A stretch of 64,000 bases of DNA from Gemmatimonadales bacterium (lineage in GTDB: Bacteria; Gemmatimonadota; Gemmatimonadetes; Gemmatimonadales; GWC2-71-9), in contig DASWIX010000078.1 in assembly GCA_036397455.1 (NCBI GenBank), positions 41,002 to 105,001 of the forward strand, in the 5' to 3' direction. Under the pieces are notes generated by a model that saw only the letters and a program-made list of their open reading frames with translations, was not told the DNA's origin and did not search any database. A program made the position numbers and the translations under genes. Positions 27,081-35,241 of the stretch are shown piece after piece. The first letter of the stretch is position 1, and each line of letters begins with the position of its first letter.

Positions 27081-27498
27081 CCTCAGGGTAGAAGTTCGAC
27101 AGCAGCAGCGTGTTCTCCTGCGGATACAGGGTCATGAAAATGGTCTTGCCGCCCACCTGGATCTCGATGTCGATCGAGCCATCGCTCGCGGGTCCGGTCG
27201 TCACTACCTCTGGAATCGTGCCTGTCCCCAAGAGATGGTCCTGGCTGTAGTCAAGTATTTCAGCGACGTTGAGCAGTACCTCCTCAGCAAACGGCTCGGC
27301 GTTGTATCCATCCCACCGAGGCTGATAGTGCTTGTATCTCAGCAACTCCCGATGCGCCCCCTCAAAAGACGACCGAATCCTCGCCTCCTCTAGGGACACC
27401 GGCGACACGAGATTGGTGATGTACGTGGATGAGGGCGGTGTCGTGTACGCAATGGCCGCCGGGGGCAGGAAGTTCGTACTGAAAAGCCACCTGGTCAT
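26977..27498 (-). CDS. Hypothetical protein (cassette ORF B) with W-D-G-Y-N-A-E-P motif
   Basis: 173 aa. Its ATG overlaps the stop of ORF A (ATGA at 27495-27498). G/C at the third codon position is 21/26 in the first codons. I recognise no family. Confidence 0.6.
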   Translation of the reverse strand: MTRWLFSTNFLPPAAIAYTTPPSSTYITNLVSPVSLEEARIRSSFEGAHRELLRYKHYQPRWDGYNAEPFAEEVLLNVAEILDYSQDHLLGTGTIPEVVTTGPASDGSIDIEIQVGGKTIFMTLYPQENTLLLSNFYPEGADERVVPLRNETLDEWLSWLRRSVDIPADVAQD

Positions 27499-28217
27499 AG
27501 CAGTAGTCCTCCCATTACGTCTTTGCGCATGTGATCCGTAATGAACGCCTCGAACGTTTCGTTCGACTCGTGGTGCAGTCGTTCCAGCAGCTTCTCCAAA
27601 TCGGTATCCTCCGCGACCCGGTCGTGGAAGTTCGCTTGAAACGTGACGTTCACGGGGTCCGATGCCGCGTGCACCTTGACGTGAACCTGTCGGTTACGGC
27701 CATCCACTTCGAGAATGCCGCGACCGAGATCGATGTCAAACGACTCCTTGCACTCTTCATACCATTGCGGTATCAAACTCCCACCGGTGTCCAAATACTT
27801 CGACGCCGCGAACTCCTTCTTAGGCACTCGAAACCTGTCAATCGTCAAAAGGTTCACGGAGCGGAGTGTTACCGCACCGAGCCCGGCTTCGAGGGCAGCG
27901 CGACCGACATTGAAGAGCCCTACGAAGGCCTGCCATCCAGGATAGTCGCCCGTCAGGTTGACGACGAAGAGGTCTTCACCCACCTGCGTCAACTCTTTCC
28001 TGCCTGGCTTCCAGCACCGCACTCGCTGCGTTTCTCGCGGAACCGCATGGCCGGCCCGAATCTGAACGCTCAAGCCGGCCGGGACGAGTTCGATTTCGGT
28101 GAAGCCCGCCTCTCTCAGTTTCGGTACAACATCGAAGAACCGAGCCTCCGTGAGAGTCTCGGGGGCAAGATGCAGTTCGGCGTAGGTCTCTGTTAGCGTC
28201 GGTTTCCGATACGACAC
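27495..28217 (-). CDS. TIGR04255-like uncharacterised protein (cassette ORF A)
   Basis: 240 aa. The GTG start at 28217 is preceded by GAAGGA with 6-nt spacing. The N-terminal Y-x-K-P-x-L-x-E-x-x-A-E-L pattern, the central LRSVNLLTIDRF and the C-terminal LERLHHESNETFEAFIT match my recollection of the TIGR04255 layout. The family call is tentative. Confidence 0.6.
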   Translation of the reverse strand: MSYRKPTLTETYAELHLAPETLTEARFFDVVPKLREAGFTEIELVPAGLSVQIRAGHAVPRETQRVRCWKPGRKELTQVGEDLFVVNLTGDYPGWQAFVGLFNVGRAALEAGLGAVTLRSVNLLTIDRFRVPKKEFAASKYLDTGGSLIPQWYEECKESFDIDLGRGILEVDGRNRQVHVKVHAASDPVNVTFQANFHDRVAEDTDLEKLLERLHHESNETFEAFITDHMRKDVMGGLLL

Positions 28218-28282
28218 GCACGTTCCTTCTTAGGCGTCCAGCGACTCGACTCGCCTCAGGCAGCGCAGGGCCGTCCCACTTC

Positions 28283-28296
28283 GTGAAACATTTCAC
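28283..28296. promoter_or_regulatory. Palindrome GTGAAA-CA-TTTCAC upstream of the cassette operon (candidate operator)
   Basis: The arms are 6 bp and it lies 66-79 nt upstream of the ORF A start. A second palindrome, GCCTTG-T-CAAGGC at 28346-28358, contains TTGACA on the coding strand. Confidence 0.3.
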
Positions 28297-28437
28297 AATG
28301 TACCGAGAACGGCACTACGCCGCTATCAGCAAACACACCGACCGTGCCTTGTCAAGGCAAACACGAGGGTTCACATCCCCCGTGTGGGCGCGCCGTGCGG
28401 CCTCCACCGCGAACCGCTGCACCGTTCAGGGCGGCTC

Positions 28438-28458
28438 CGTCAAACTGTACCAGTGCCG
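28438..28458. repeat. Right terminal inverted repeat CGTCAAACTGTACCAGTGCCG
   Basis: It is the exact reverse complement of 26460-26480. The 7 nt immediately outside it read ACGGTCG (28459-28465). It lies 17 nt from the stop codon of the GGDEF-EAL gene. Confidence 0.85.
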
Positions 28459-28474
28459 ACGGTCGCGGCGCCTG

Positions 28475-31420
28475 CTACTGGTCGCGGCACCAGTGGCGGC
28501 CGGAATGTAACAACTCCTCGGCGTCCGTCACGTCGAGCGGCCCGGCGAACAGGAAGCCTTGCACCTGGTCGCACTCCAGTGTTTCGAGGTACGCGCGCTG
28601 GTGTTCGGTCTCGACGCCCTCCGCCACCACCGCCATGCCGAGGTTCCGTGCCAGCGTGACAATCGTGCGGACGATCTCGGTGTTCTCCATATCGATCCCG
28701 ATGCGACTCACGAACGACTGATCGATCTTCAGGGCGTCGAGGCTGAACCGGTGCAGGTAGCCGAGTGACGAGTAGCCGGTGCCGAAATCGTCCACCTGCA
28801 CCTGCACACCGGAGTGTTTCAGTTCGTCCAACAGCCGCGCGCTGTTCTCGGCACGGTCCATGAGCACACTTTCCGTAATCTCCAGCTTGAGCGCCGCCGC
28901 CGGCAGTCCCGTCACCGAAAGCGCGTCGGCGACCGACTCGACGAGATCACCTTCCTTGAACTGGCGCGGGGACAGATTCACGCTCACCATCAACGGACTC
29001 GCGCCGTTGCGCGGGATCGCCTGCCACTCGCTCGTCTGCCGGCACGCCTCCCACAGCGCCCACTGCCCTATCCCGATGATCAGGCCGGTTTCCTCGGCGA
29101 GTTGAATGAACTCGGTCGGCGCCACCAGCCCCCGTTCGGGATGGTCCCAGCGTAACAACGCCTCGAACCCGGACAACTGCCCGCTCGCGAGCGAGATGAT
29201 CGGCTGGTAGACCAGGCGAAACTCCTGGCGATCGAGTGCGTACCGGAGGTCGGTCTCGAGCCGCAGCAGCGTCACCGCGTGCTGGTGCATGCCCTGCTGG
29301 AACACCTCGTGTCGGGCCTTGCCCGCGGCCTTGGCGTTATACATCGCGGTGTCCGCATCGCGCAGGATCTCAGACGGGGTGCGGTAGTGGGGTGTACTCA
29401 GGGCAATCCCGATGCTGGTGGACGTGAAGATCTCGTGTGTCCCGATGGTGAACGAGGTCATCAATTCGGACTGAATGCGCTCGGCGATACGTAGCGCATC
29501 TTCCTCGCCCGTGATGTCGTCGAGCAGTACGGTGAACTCGTCCCCGCCCAACCGCGCGACGGTGTCGCCCGGTCGCAAACATCCACCCAGCCGCTCGGAC
29601 ACGGCCATGAGCAGTTTGTCGCCCACCAGGTGCCCAAGGCTGTCGTTCACCACCTTGAATCGGTCGATATCGAGGAACAACACGGCGAAGCGGTACTCGT
29701 TGCGCCGTCGCAGGCGCGCGATCGATCGTTCGAGCAGGGTGGCGAACAGCGCACGATTCGGTAGCCCGGTGAGCACGTCGTGGAACGCGTCGTGGATCAG
29801 CCGTTCCTCGGCGCTCTTGCGTCCGCTGACGTCGGTCTGAGATCCGGCCATGCGTAACGCCTTGCCGATCCCGTTGCGCTCGGCCACCCCCCGGCACAAT
29901 ACCCAGCGATACGATCCGTCCTTGTGCAGGATGCGATGCTCGCTCTCGAAATGCGGCGACGGGCCGTCCAGGTGCGACGTGATCTCACCCTTGAGCCGCT
30001 CCACGTCGTCCGGATGAACCCGTTGAAACCAGTCCTCGGGCCGCCGACCCACTTCGCTCTCGCTGTACCCGAGCATCGCCCTCCAGCGAGGGGAGTAGTA
30101 CACCAGGCCCGACCGCAGATCCCAGTCCCACAGGCCGTCGTTCGCGCCCCGCGAGGCGAGCGCGTAGCGTTCTTCGCTCTCGCGCAACGCGCGTTCCGTC
30201 TTCTTCCGCTCGGTCACGTCGCGCACGATACCGCGAAAGCCCGTGACCCAGCCCGCGTGGTCCTTGACCGCGGTGACCGACGCCTCCACCAGCCGTCTGG
30301 TGCCGTCCCCGCGAATGACCTCCCAATCGAAGATCCGTGCCGCGGCGCCCGTGGCATAGACTTCATTGAACGTGCGGAAGACGCGGCGCGCGTTCTCTTC
30401 GTCCATGTAGCCGCGGTTGTTCATCCCACGCAGCGTGGCGGCCGGATAGCCGAGCAGGCGCTCGAGCGCGTCGTTGAAATCGCGGATGTTCCCGGCGGTA
30501 TCGACTTCGTAGTATCCGTCCTCGATGGTCGCCAGGATCGTGCGATACCGCGCTTCCGACTCGGCCAGCGCCGCCAGCGCCCGCCGGCGCTCCGTGATGT
30601 CGTTGGTGAGCGCCAGCACGCACTGCTCGCCGCGCATCTCGAAGACATCGGCCGAATACAGGCCCCAGCGTTCTTCCCCGTCCTTCACGCGGAATGCGTA
30701 TTCGAAGTTTCGCACGATCCCGTCGCGATCGAGCACCCGCAATGCCTCCGCGCGCGCCGCGGGATCGACCCAGAGCCCGATCTCGCTCTTCGTGCGGCCG
30801 ACGACCTCCGCATGGGTGTAGCCGGTCGTCTCCATGAACGCGTCATTCACTTCGCGGATGCGACCGCTCGCCCGCTCGGAGATCACCGCCAGGCCCGGGG
30901 ATGAACGAAACGCGTGCGCGAACAACTCTTCGGATTCTTTCAGTGCGTCCACGGTCCGCTTCATGTCGGTGATGTCGCGGTACATCCCGTAGACCGCCAC
31001 CTGCCCGCCGGCCAACCGAATGGGCGTTCCGAGGATCGAGACGTGGAGCGTCGATCCGTCCTTGCGACGACGCACCGTCTCGAACGCGACGTCGGCACCT
31101 TCGGCAACCGAGCGCGTGGCGGATTTCGCTTCCTCCTGCAGATCGGCGGGCGCCAGCAGTTCGTCGAGCGAGCGGCCGGACGCCTCGTGCGCGGTGAAGC
31201 CGAACATCCGCGTGAACGCCCCGTTCACCCGGATGACCCGACTGTTATTGCTGGCGAGGACGACGGCTTCGGGAGCACTTTCGAACAACTGCTCGAAATA
31301 GGCGCGGTCGGCGCCGGTCTCCGACGCCCGGTGGTCCCGAGAAAGGCGGCGCCACAGCACGATAGCGACTGCCACCGAACCAACCGTTACCACGAGAGAT
31401 ATGCCGAGCAACCAAGTCAT
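28475..31420 (-). CDS. Membrane-anchored multi-PAS sensor with GGDEF (diguanylate cyclase) and EAL (phosphodiesterase) domains
   Basis: 981 aa with an N-terminal TM helix and several PAS/PAC repeats. It has the GGDEF motif (ARLGGDEFTVLL) and EAL motifs (GFEALLRW, KLEITES, DDFGTGYSSL). Confidence 0.9.
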   Translation of the reverse strand: MTWLLGISLVVTVGSVAVAIVLWRRLSRDHRASETGADRAYFEQLFESAPEAVVLASNNSRVIRVNGAFTRMFGFTAHEASGRSLDELLAPADLQEEAKSATRSVAEGADVAFETVRRRKDGSTLHVSILGTPIRLAGGQVAVYGMYRDITDMKRTVDALKESEELFAHAFRSSPGLAVISERASGRIREVNDAFMETTGYTHAEVVGRTKSEIGLWVDPAARAEALRVLDRDGIVRNFEYAFRVKDGEERWGLYSADVFEMRGEQCVLALTNDITERRRALAALAESEARYRTILATIEDGYYEVDTAGNIRDFNDALERLLGYPAATLRGMNNRGYMDEENARRVFRTFNEVYATGAAARIFDWEVIRGDGTRRLVEASVTAVKDHAGWVTGFRGIVRDVTERKKTERALRESEERYALASRGANDGLWDWDLRSGLVYYSPRWRAMLGYSESEVGRRPEDWFQRVHPDDVERLKGEITSHLDGPSPHFESEHRILHKDGSYRWVLCRGVAERNGIGKALRMAGSQTDVSGRKSAEERLIHDAFHDVLTGLPNRALFATLLERSIARLRRRNEYRFAVLFLDIDRFKVVNDSLGHLVGDKLLMAVSERLGGCLRPGDTVARLGGDEFTVLLDDITGEEDALRIAERIQSELMTSFTIGTHEIFTSTSIGIALSTPHYRTPSEILRDADTAMYNAKAAGKARHEVFQQGMHQHAVTLLRLETDLRYALDRQEFRLVYQPIISLASGQLSGFEALLRWDHPERGLVAPTEFIQLAEETGLIIGIGQWALWEACRQTSEWQAIPRNGASPLMVSVNLSPRQFKEGDLVESVADALSVTGLPAAALKLEITESVLMDRAENSARLLDELKHSGVQVQVDDFGTGYSSLGYLHRFSLDALKIDQSFVSRIGIDMENTEIVRTIVTLARNLGMAVVAEGVETEHQRAYLETLECDQVQGFLFAGPLDVTDAEELLHSGRHWCRDQ

Positions 31421-31500
31421 GGGCGCCGGGGCGAATTAGGGGAAAAACACGGCGAAAGTCAAGCGGGAACGAAGACCGCAAGCCCAATCCGGGGAATCAC

Positions 31501-32877
31501 TTGCGTCAGGCCTTCCATCCGGGTCGCGCCTACCTGATCGGTCCCGTCCGGATGTTGCACCTTTCGTCAGTGCGCCGCCGTGCCGTCGAACACAACACCG
31601 CGACCGTCGAACGACTACTATGCGGCGTGTCCAACCGCATCTGGGGTGTCCTGGTCCCGGAGGGACTGCTGGTGCTCGCCGCCGTGGCGACGGTCGAACT
31701 CGACCTGCTGCGCGGCCCGCTGGCGGCGTTTTTCGAGTTCTTCCCATCCGTGGTGTTCACCGCCGGCTTGTTGCTCGCGTGGCGCTTCGAGCGCGGGCGG
31801 GCGGTCTTCGGACTCCTGCTCCTTGCGGTGGCGGAGCGCGTCGCGACATGGGCCGCGAGCAGCGCCACCGGGACATGGGAACCGGTGGTCCTGTTGTCCG
31901 CCGGCGTGCTGATCCCGGTCAATTTGGTCGCGCTCGCCCTGCTGCCGGATCGAGGCACCTTCACGCGGTCCGGCGCACTCCGCCTGGCTTTTCTCACCGG
32001 GGAAGTCGCCCTCGTGGCGCTGCTCGCCCGCCCGGAAGAAGCGTGGGTGCGGCCGATCCTCGAGCTCTCATTCCTTCCCGTCGTCGGTGACTGGACGATG
32101 ATTGGCGATCCGGCATTACTGACGGCGGCGACCGCTGTGGTGGTACTCGCCATCCGTTCCGCGCACACCACCAGCCCGCTCGACCGCGGGCTCCTCTGGG
32201 CGACCGTGGCCGCCACTATCGCGGTCGGCGTGGCACTCACCGCCAGAGCCACGGTGCCGCCGGTCATGACCGGGTCCCCGATCCACCCGTCGACCGTGTT
32301 CTTCACCGCGGCGGGCCTGGCCTTGCTGGTGTCGACCGTGGAAGCCTCACACTCGCTGGCGTACCGCGACGCCCTGACCGGCCTGCCGAGCCGCCGCGCG
32401 CTCGATGACGCGCTCGACCGACTCTCGGGGCGATACGCGATCGCGATGGTTGACATCGATCGGTTCAAACCGTTGAACGACCAACACGGCCACGACGTGG
32501 GTGACCAGGTGCTCCGGATGGTCGCGACCGTGCTGACCGAGGTGGGTGGCGGGGGGCGAGCGTATCGATACGGCGGCGAAGAGTTTGCCCTCGTATTCCC
32601 CCGCAAGGGAATCGACGATACGCTTCCGCACCTTCAGCGGGTCCGCCAGGCGGTGGAGTCGTCCCGCTTCGCCCTGCGGGCGCAGGACCGTCCGCTCGAG
32701 AAGCCGGCCAAGCCGAAACCCCGCCCGCAACCCGACACGGTGGCGGTCACCGTCAGCATGGGCGTCGCGGCGTCCTCCGGCTCGAGGACCACGGCGCCGG
32801 CCAGCGTCCTCGTCGCCGCGGACGAAGCGCTGTATCGTGCCAAGCGCGGAGGGCGCAACAGGATCGGACACTCATGA
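31501..32877 (+). CDS. Polytopic membrane diguanylate cyclase (GGDEF domain, GGEEF active site)
   Basis: It has a multi-helix N-terminal region, then LTGLPSRRAL...DIDRFKPLNDQHGH...YRYGGEEFALVF. The start codon is uncertain (TTG at 31501 as listed). Confidence 0.8.
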   Translation: MRQAFHPGRAYLIGPVRMLHLSSVRRRAVEHNTATVERLLCGVSNRIWGVLVPEGLLVLAAVATVELDLLRGPLAAFFEFFPSVVFTAGLLLAWRFERGRAVFGLLLLAVAERVATWAASSATGTWEPVVLLSAGVLIPVNLVALALLPDRGTFTRSGALRLAFLTGEVALVALLARPEEAWVRPILELSFLPVVGDWTMIGDPALLTAATAVVVLAIRSAHTTSPLDRGLLWATVAATIAVGVALTARATVPPVMTGSPIHPSTVFFTAAGLALLVSTVEASHSLAYRDALTGLPSRRALDDALDRLSGRYAIAMVDIDRFKPLNDQHGHDVGDQVLRMVATVLTEVGGGGRAYRYGGEEFALVFPRKGIDDTLPHLQRVRQAVESSRFALRAQDRPLEKPAKPKPRPQPDTVAVTVSMGVAASSGSRTTAPASVLVAADEALYRAKRGGRNRIGHS

Positions 32878-32917
32878 CCAGGCGACCCGCCGTGAACCCC
32901 CAACCATCGAGAAGACC

Positions 32918-34192
32918 ATGAGCGACCGGCGAAGCTTCCTTCGACGTGCGGCAACCCTGGGAGGTGCCGCGGCCCTCGGCGACCTGGCCGCGGCCCGCGC
33001 GCTGTTCGCGTCACACGTTCGCCAGATGTCCACGGTGGCGAAGACGGGGGCGCAACGCGACGAGTACTTGCTGGATCCGGACGTGCTCTATTTCAATCAC
33101 GCGTCGATCGGCACGATCCCGCGCGCCGTGCACGAAGCCCGCGTACGCTACCTCGATCTCTGTGAGCGGAACCCGTGGCTGTACATGTGGGGCGGCGCAT
33201 GGGAGGAACCGCGTGAAGCGGTGCGGCGCAAGGCGGCCGACTACGTGGGCTGCGACGCGCCGGAACTCAGCTTCACGCACAACACGACCGAGGCATTCAA
33301 CCTGCTGGCCCAGGGTCTGCCGCTGGGCGCGGGTGACGAAGTCGTCTTCAGTACGCTGAACCATCCCGGCGCCAGCATCTGCTGGGAGCACCATGCGGCC
33401 GCGCGGGGATACCGCGTGCGCCGGTTCACGTTCCCGATCGCCGACATCCCACACATGACCGCCGACGACCTCCTCGACGTGTACGACCGCCACATCCGGC
33501 CCGGCACGCGCGTGCTCGTGTTTCCGCACGTCGACAATATCGTGGGGCTGCGGTATCCGGTGCGCCGGCTCACGGCGTTGGCCCGCGCGAAGGGTGTGGA
33601 ATACATCGCGGTCGACGGGGCGCAGTCGATCGGGATGATTCCGGTGAACATGCATGCGATGGGCGTCGACTGCTACGCCGGCAGCCCCCACAAGTGGTTG
33701 CAGGCACCCAAGGGGTTGGGCGTCCTCTACGTCGCCGCCGGCGCGCGTGACGCGGTTCGACCCATGTGGGTCACCTGGGGACAGGAACGCTGGGCAAACA
33801 CCGGCAGGATCTTCGAAGACTACGGTACCCGCAACCTGGCGGAGGTCCTGTCGCTGGGAGACGCCATCGAGTATCAGGTGCGGCTGGGCGACGAGGCGAA
33901 GGAACGGACCTATCGCACGCTGTGGGAGCGCGCGCGCGCCATCGTCACGGCGTCGCCGCAGCTGGTCTGGCGGTCGCCCAGGGAATGGTCTCTCGGATCG
34001 AGCCTGTTTGCGGTGGAGACGCGTGGCGTGCGGAGTGGCGTGGTGTTCGACCGACTGCACCGCGAACAGGGGATCGTCTTTCGCGCATTCGACTCGGCGG
34101 ACATGAACACGGCTCGGCTGTCGCCCAACGCCTTCAACACCGCCGCCGATGTCGAGCGGGTCCTCGGGGCCATGGCGTCGCTGGCAGGCTGA
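32918..34192 (+). CDS. Aminotransferase class-V-fold PLP-dependent enzyme with Tat signal
   Basis: The ATG at 32918 gives MSDRRSFLRRAATLGGAAALG (twin-arginine signal). The class-V pattern is present (FNHASIGT, AGSPHKWLQAPKG with the PLP lysine). The upstream part of the listed 548-aa ORF is Arg/Ser-rich read-through of the previous gene. Confidence 0.85.
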   Translation: MSDRRSFLRRAATLGGAAALGDLAAARALFASHVRQMSTVAKTGAQRDEYLLDPDVLYFNHASIGTIPRAVHEARVRYLDLCERNPWLYMWGGAWEEPREAVRRKAADYVGCDAPELSFTHNTTEAFNLLAQGLPLGAGDEVVFSTLNHPGASICWEHHAAARGYRVRRFTFPIADIPHMTADDLLDVYDRHIRPGTRVLVFPHVDNIVGLRYPVRRLTALARAKGVEYIAVDGAQSIGMIPVNMHAMGVDCYAGSPHKWLQAPKGLGVLYVAAGARDAVRPMWVTWGQERWANTGRIFEDYGTRNLAEVLSLGDAIEYQVRLGDEAKERTYRTLWERARAIVTASPQLVWRSPREWSLGSSLFAVETRGVRSGVVFDRLHREQGIVFRAFDSADMNTARLSPNAFNTAADVERVLGAMASLAG

Positions 34193-35141
34193 GCAACCGG
34201 TGCACCAGGATATCCCGCGTCCCGCGGCGACCACACCCGATCGGCCTCGCCCGGTCGTCTGGCACCCGGCGTACGAAGTCGACATCGGGCCGCACGTGTT
34301 CCCGACCCGCAAGTATCGGCTCATCCGGGAACGACTGCGGGACGAAGGGACCGTCACCGAAGGGGATCTCGTCACCGCCATGCCCGTCTCCGATGACGAC
34401 GTCGCGCTGGTGCACGATCGGGAGTACGTGCGCAAGATCGCCGACGATGCGCTGAGTACGGATGAGCGCATCCTGCTCGAAGTCCCCTTCTCGCCGGCCT
34501 TGCGCGAGGCGATGTGGCTCTGCGCCGGCGGCACGGCGTTGACCGGACGTCTTGCGCGGGACCATGGAGTGGCGGTGCACCTCGGCGGCGGGTTCCATCA
34601 CGCGTTCCCCGATCATGGCGAGGGGTTCTGTTTGATCAACGACGTCGCGATCGCCATTCGGCTGCTCCAGCGGGAGGGCGTGTGCGCGCGACCCGTGGTG
34701 GTCGATCTCGACGTGCACCAGGGGAACGGCACCGCGGCGATCTTCGCGCGGGACCCGGCGGTCTTCACCTGCTCCTTCCACCAGCAGCACAACTACCCCG
34801 CGTGGAAGCCGCCCAGCGACCTCGACGTCGGCCTGGATGACGGAACCGGCGACGCGGAGTACCTGGCCCTGCTCGACCGGCATCTTCCCGTCATCCTCGA
34901 GCAGCATCGGCCCGACATGGCGTTCTATCTCGCCGGGGCCGATCCGTATCGGCTCGACCAGCTTGGCGGGCTCGCCTTGACCATTGAAGGGCTGCGACGG
35001 CGAGACGAACTGGTGTTGCGGCACCTGCGGGAGGCGGATGTGGCGGTCGCCGTCACCCTGGCCGGGGGATACGCACGCAACCCCGACGACACCGTGGCCA
35101 TCCACTGCGGTACCGTGCATGCCGCCCGTGGCGCCGGATGA
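34149..35141 (+). CDS. Histone deacetylase-family (HDAC / acetylpolyamine amidohydrolase-like) protein
   Basis: Motifs HLGGGFHHAFPDHGEGFCLINDVAIA and DLDVHQGNGTA. The start is uncertain: ATG 34149 overlaps the previous gene, and an in-frame GTG at 34200 is an alternative. Confidence 0.85.
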   Translation: MSSGSSGPWRRWQAEQPVHQDIPRPAATTPDRPRPVVWHPAYEVDIGPHVFPTRKYRLIRERLRDEGTVTEGDLVTAMPVSDDDVALVHDREYVRKIADDALSTDERILLEVPFSPALREAMWLCAGGTALTGRLARDHGVAVHLGGGFHHAFPDHGEGFCLINDVAIAIRLLQREGVCARPVVVDLDVHQGNGTAAIFARDPAVFTCSFHQQHNYPAWKPPSDLDVGLDDGTGDAEYLALLDRHLPVILEQHRPDMAFYLAGADPYRLDQLGGLALTIEGLRRRDELVLRHLREADVAVAVTLAGGYARNPDDTVAIHCGTVHAARGAG

Positions 35142-35241
35142 CCCGGATTGCCCTAGCCACGGCCTAGGTGCCTTTCTATTCTTACGGAGCCCCGGGGACC
35201 CGCCGGGCTTCCCGTTCCCTCTTCGGACGGAGTCGAGCGCG

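Larger units (their letters stand above)
26460..28458. mobile_element. TIR-bounded 1,999-bp lower-GC cassette carrying three ORFs and no recognisable transposase (putative non-autonomous transposon or cargo cassette)
   Basis: Perfect 21-bp terminal inverted repeats are flanked by 7-bp direct repeats ACGGTTG / ACGGTCG. Internal lines hand-count at 29-35 G+C per 60 nt, against 40/60 in a neighbouring gene. Confidence 0.5.

Noticed and set aside
27814-28235. A 12-bp direct repeat TCCTTCTTAGGC (27814-27825 and 28224-28235) inside the cassette.
   Set aside because: One copy is the RBS region of ORF A and the other encodes PKKEF inside ORF A. A 12-bp match within 2 kb is not improbable by chance.
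26401-28474. The lower-GC segment interpreted as a classical tRNA-targeting integrative island or prophage remnant.
   Set aside because: It has no integrase or excisionase. The segment lies on the 5' (promoter) side of the tRNA rather than at its 3' end, and I found no duplicated tRNA 3' fragment. The TIR plus flanking direct repeat geometry fits transposition better.
28461-28488. A 9-bp direct repeat GGTCGCGGC (28461-28469 and 28480-28488) straddling the GGDEF-EAL stop codon, next to the right TIR.
   Set aside because: It is short, GC-rich and partly coding. It could be microhomology at the insertion site, but I cannot distinguish that from chance.
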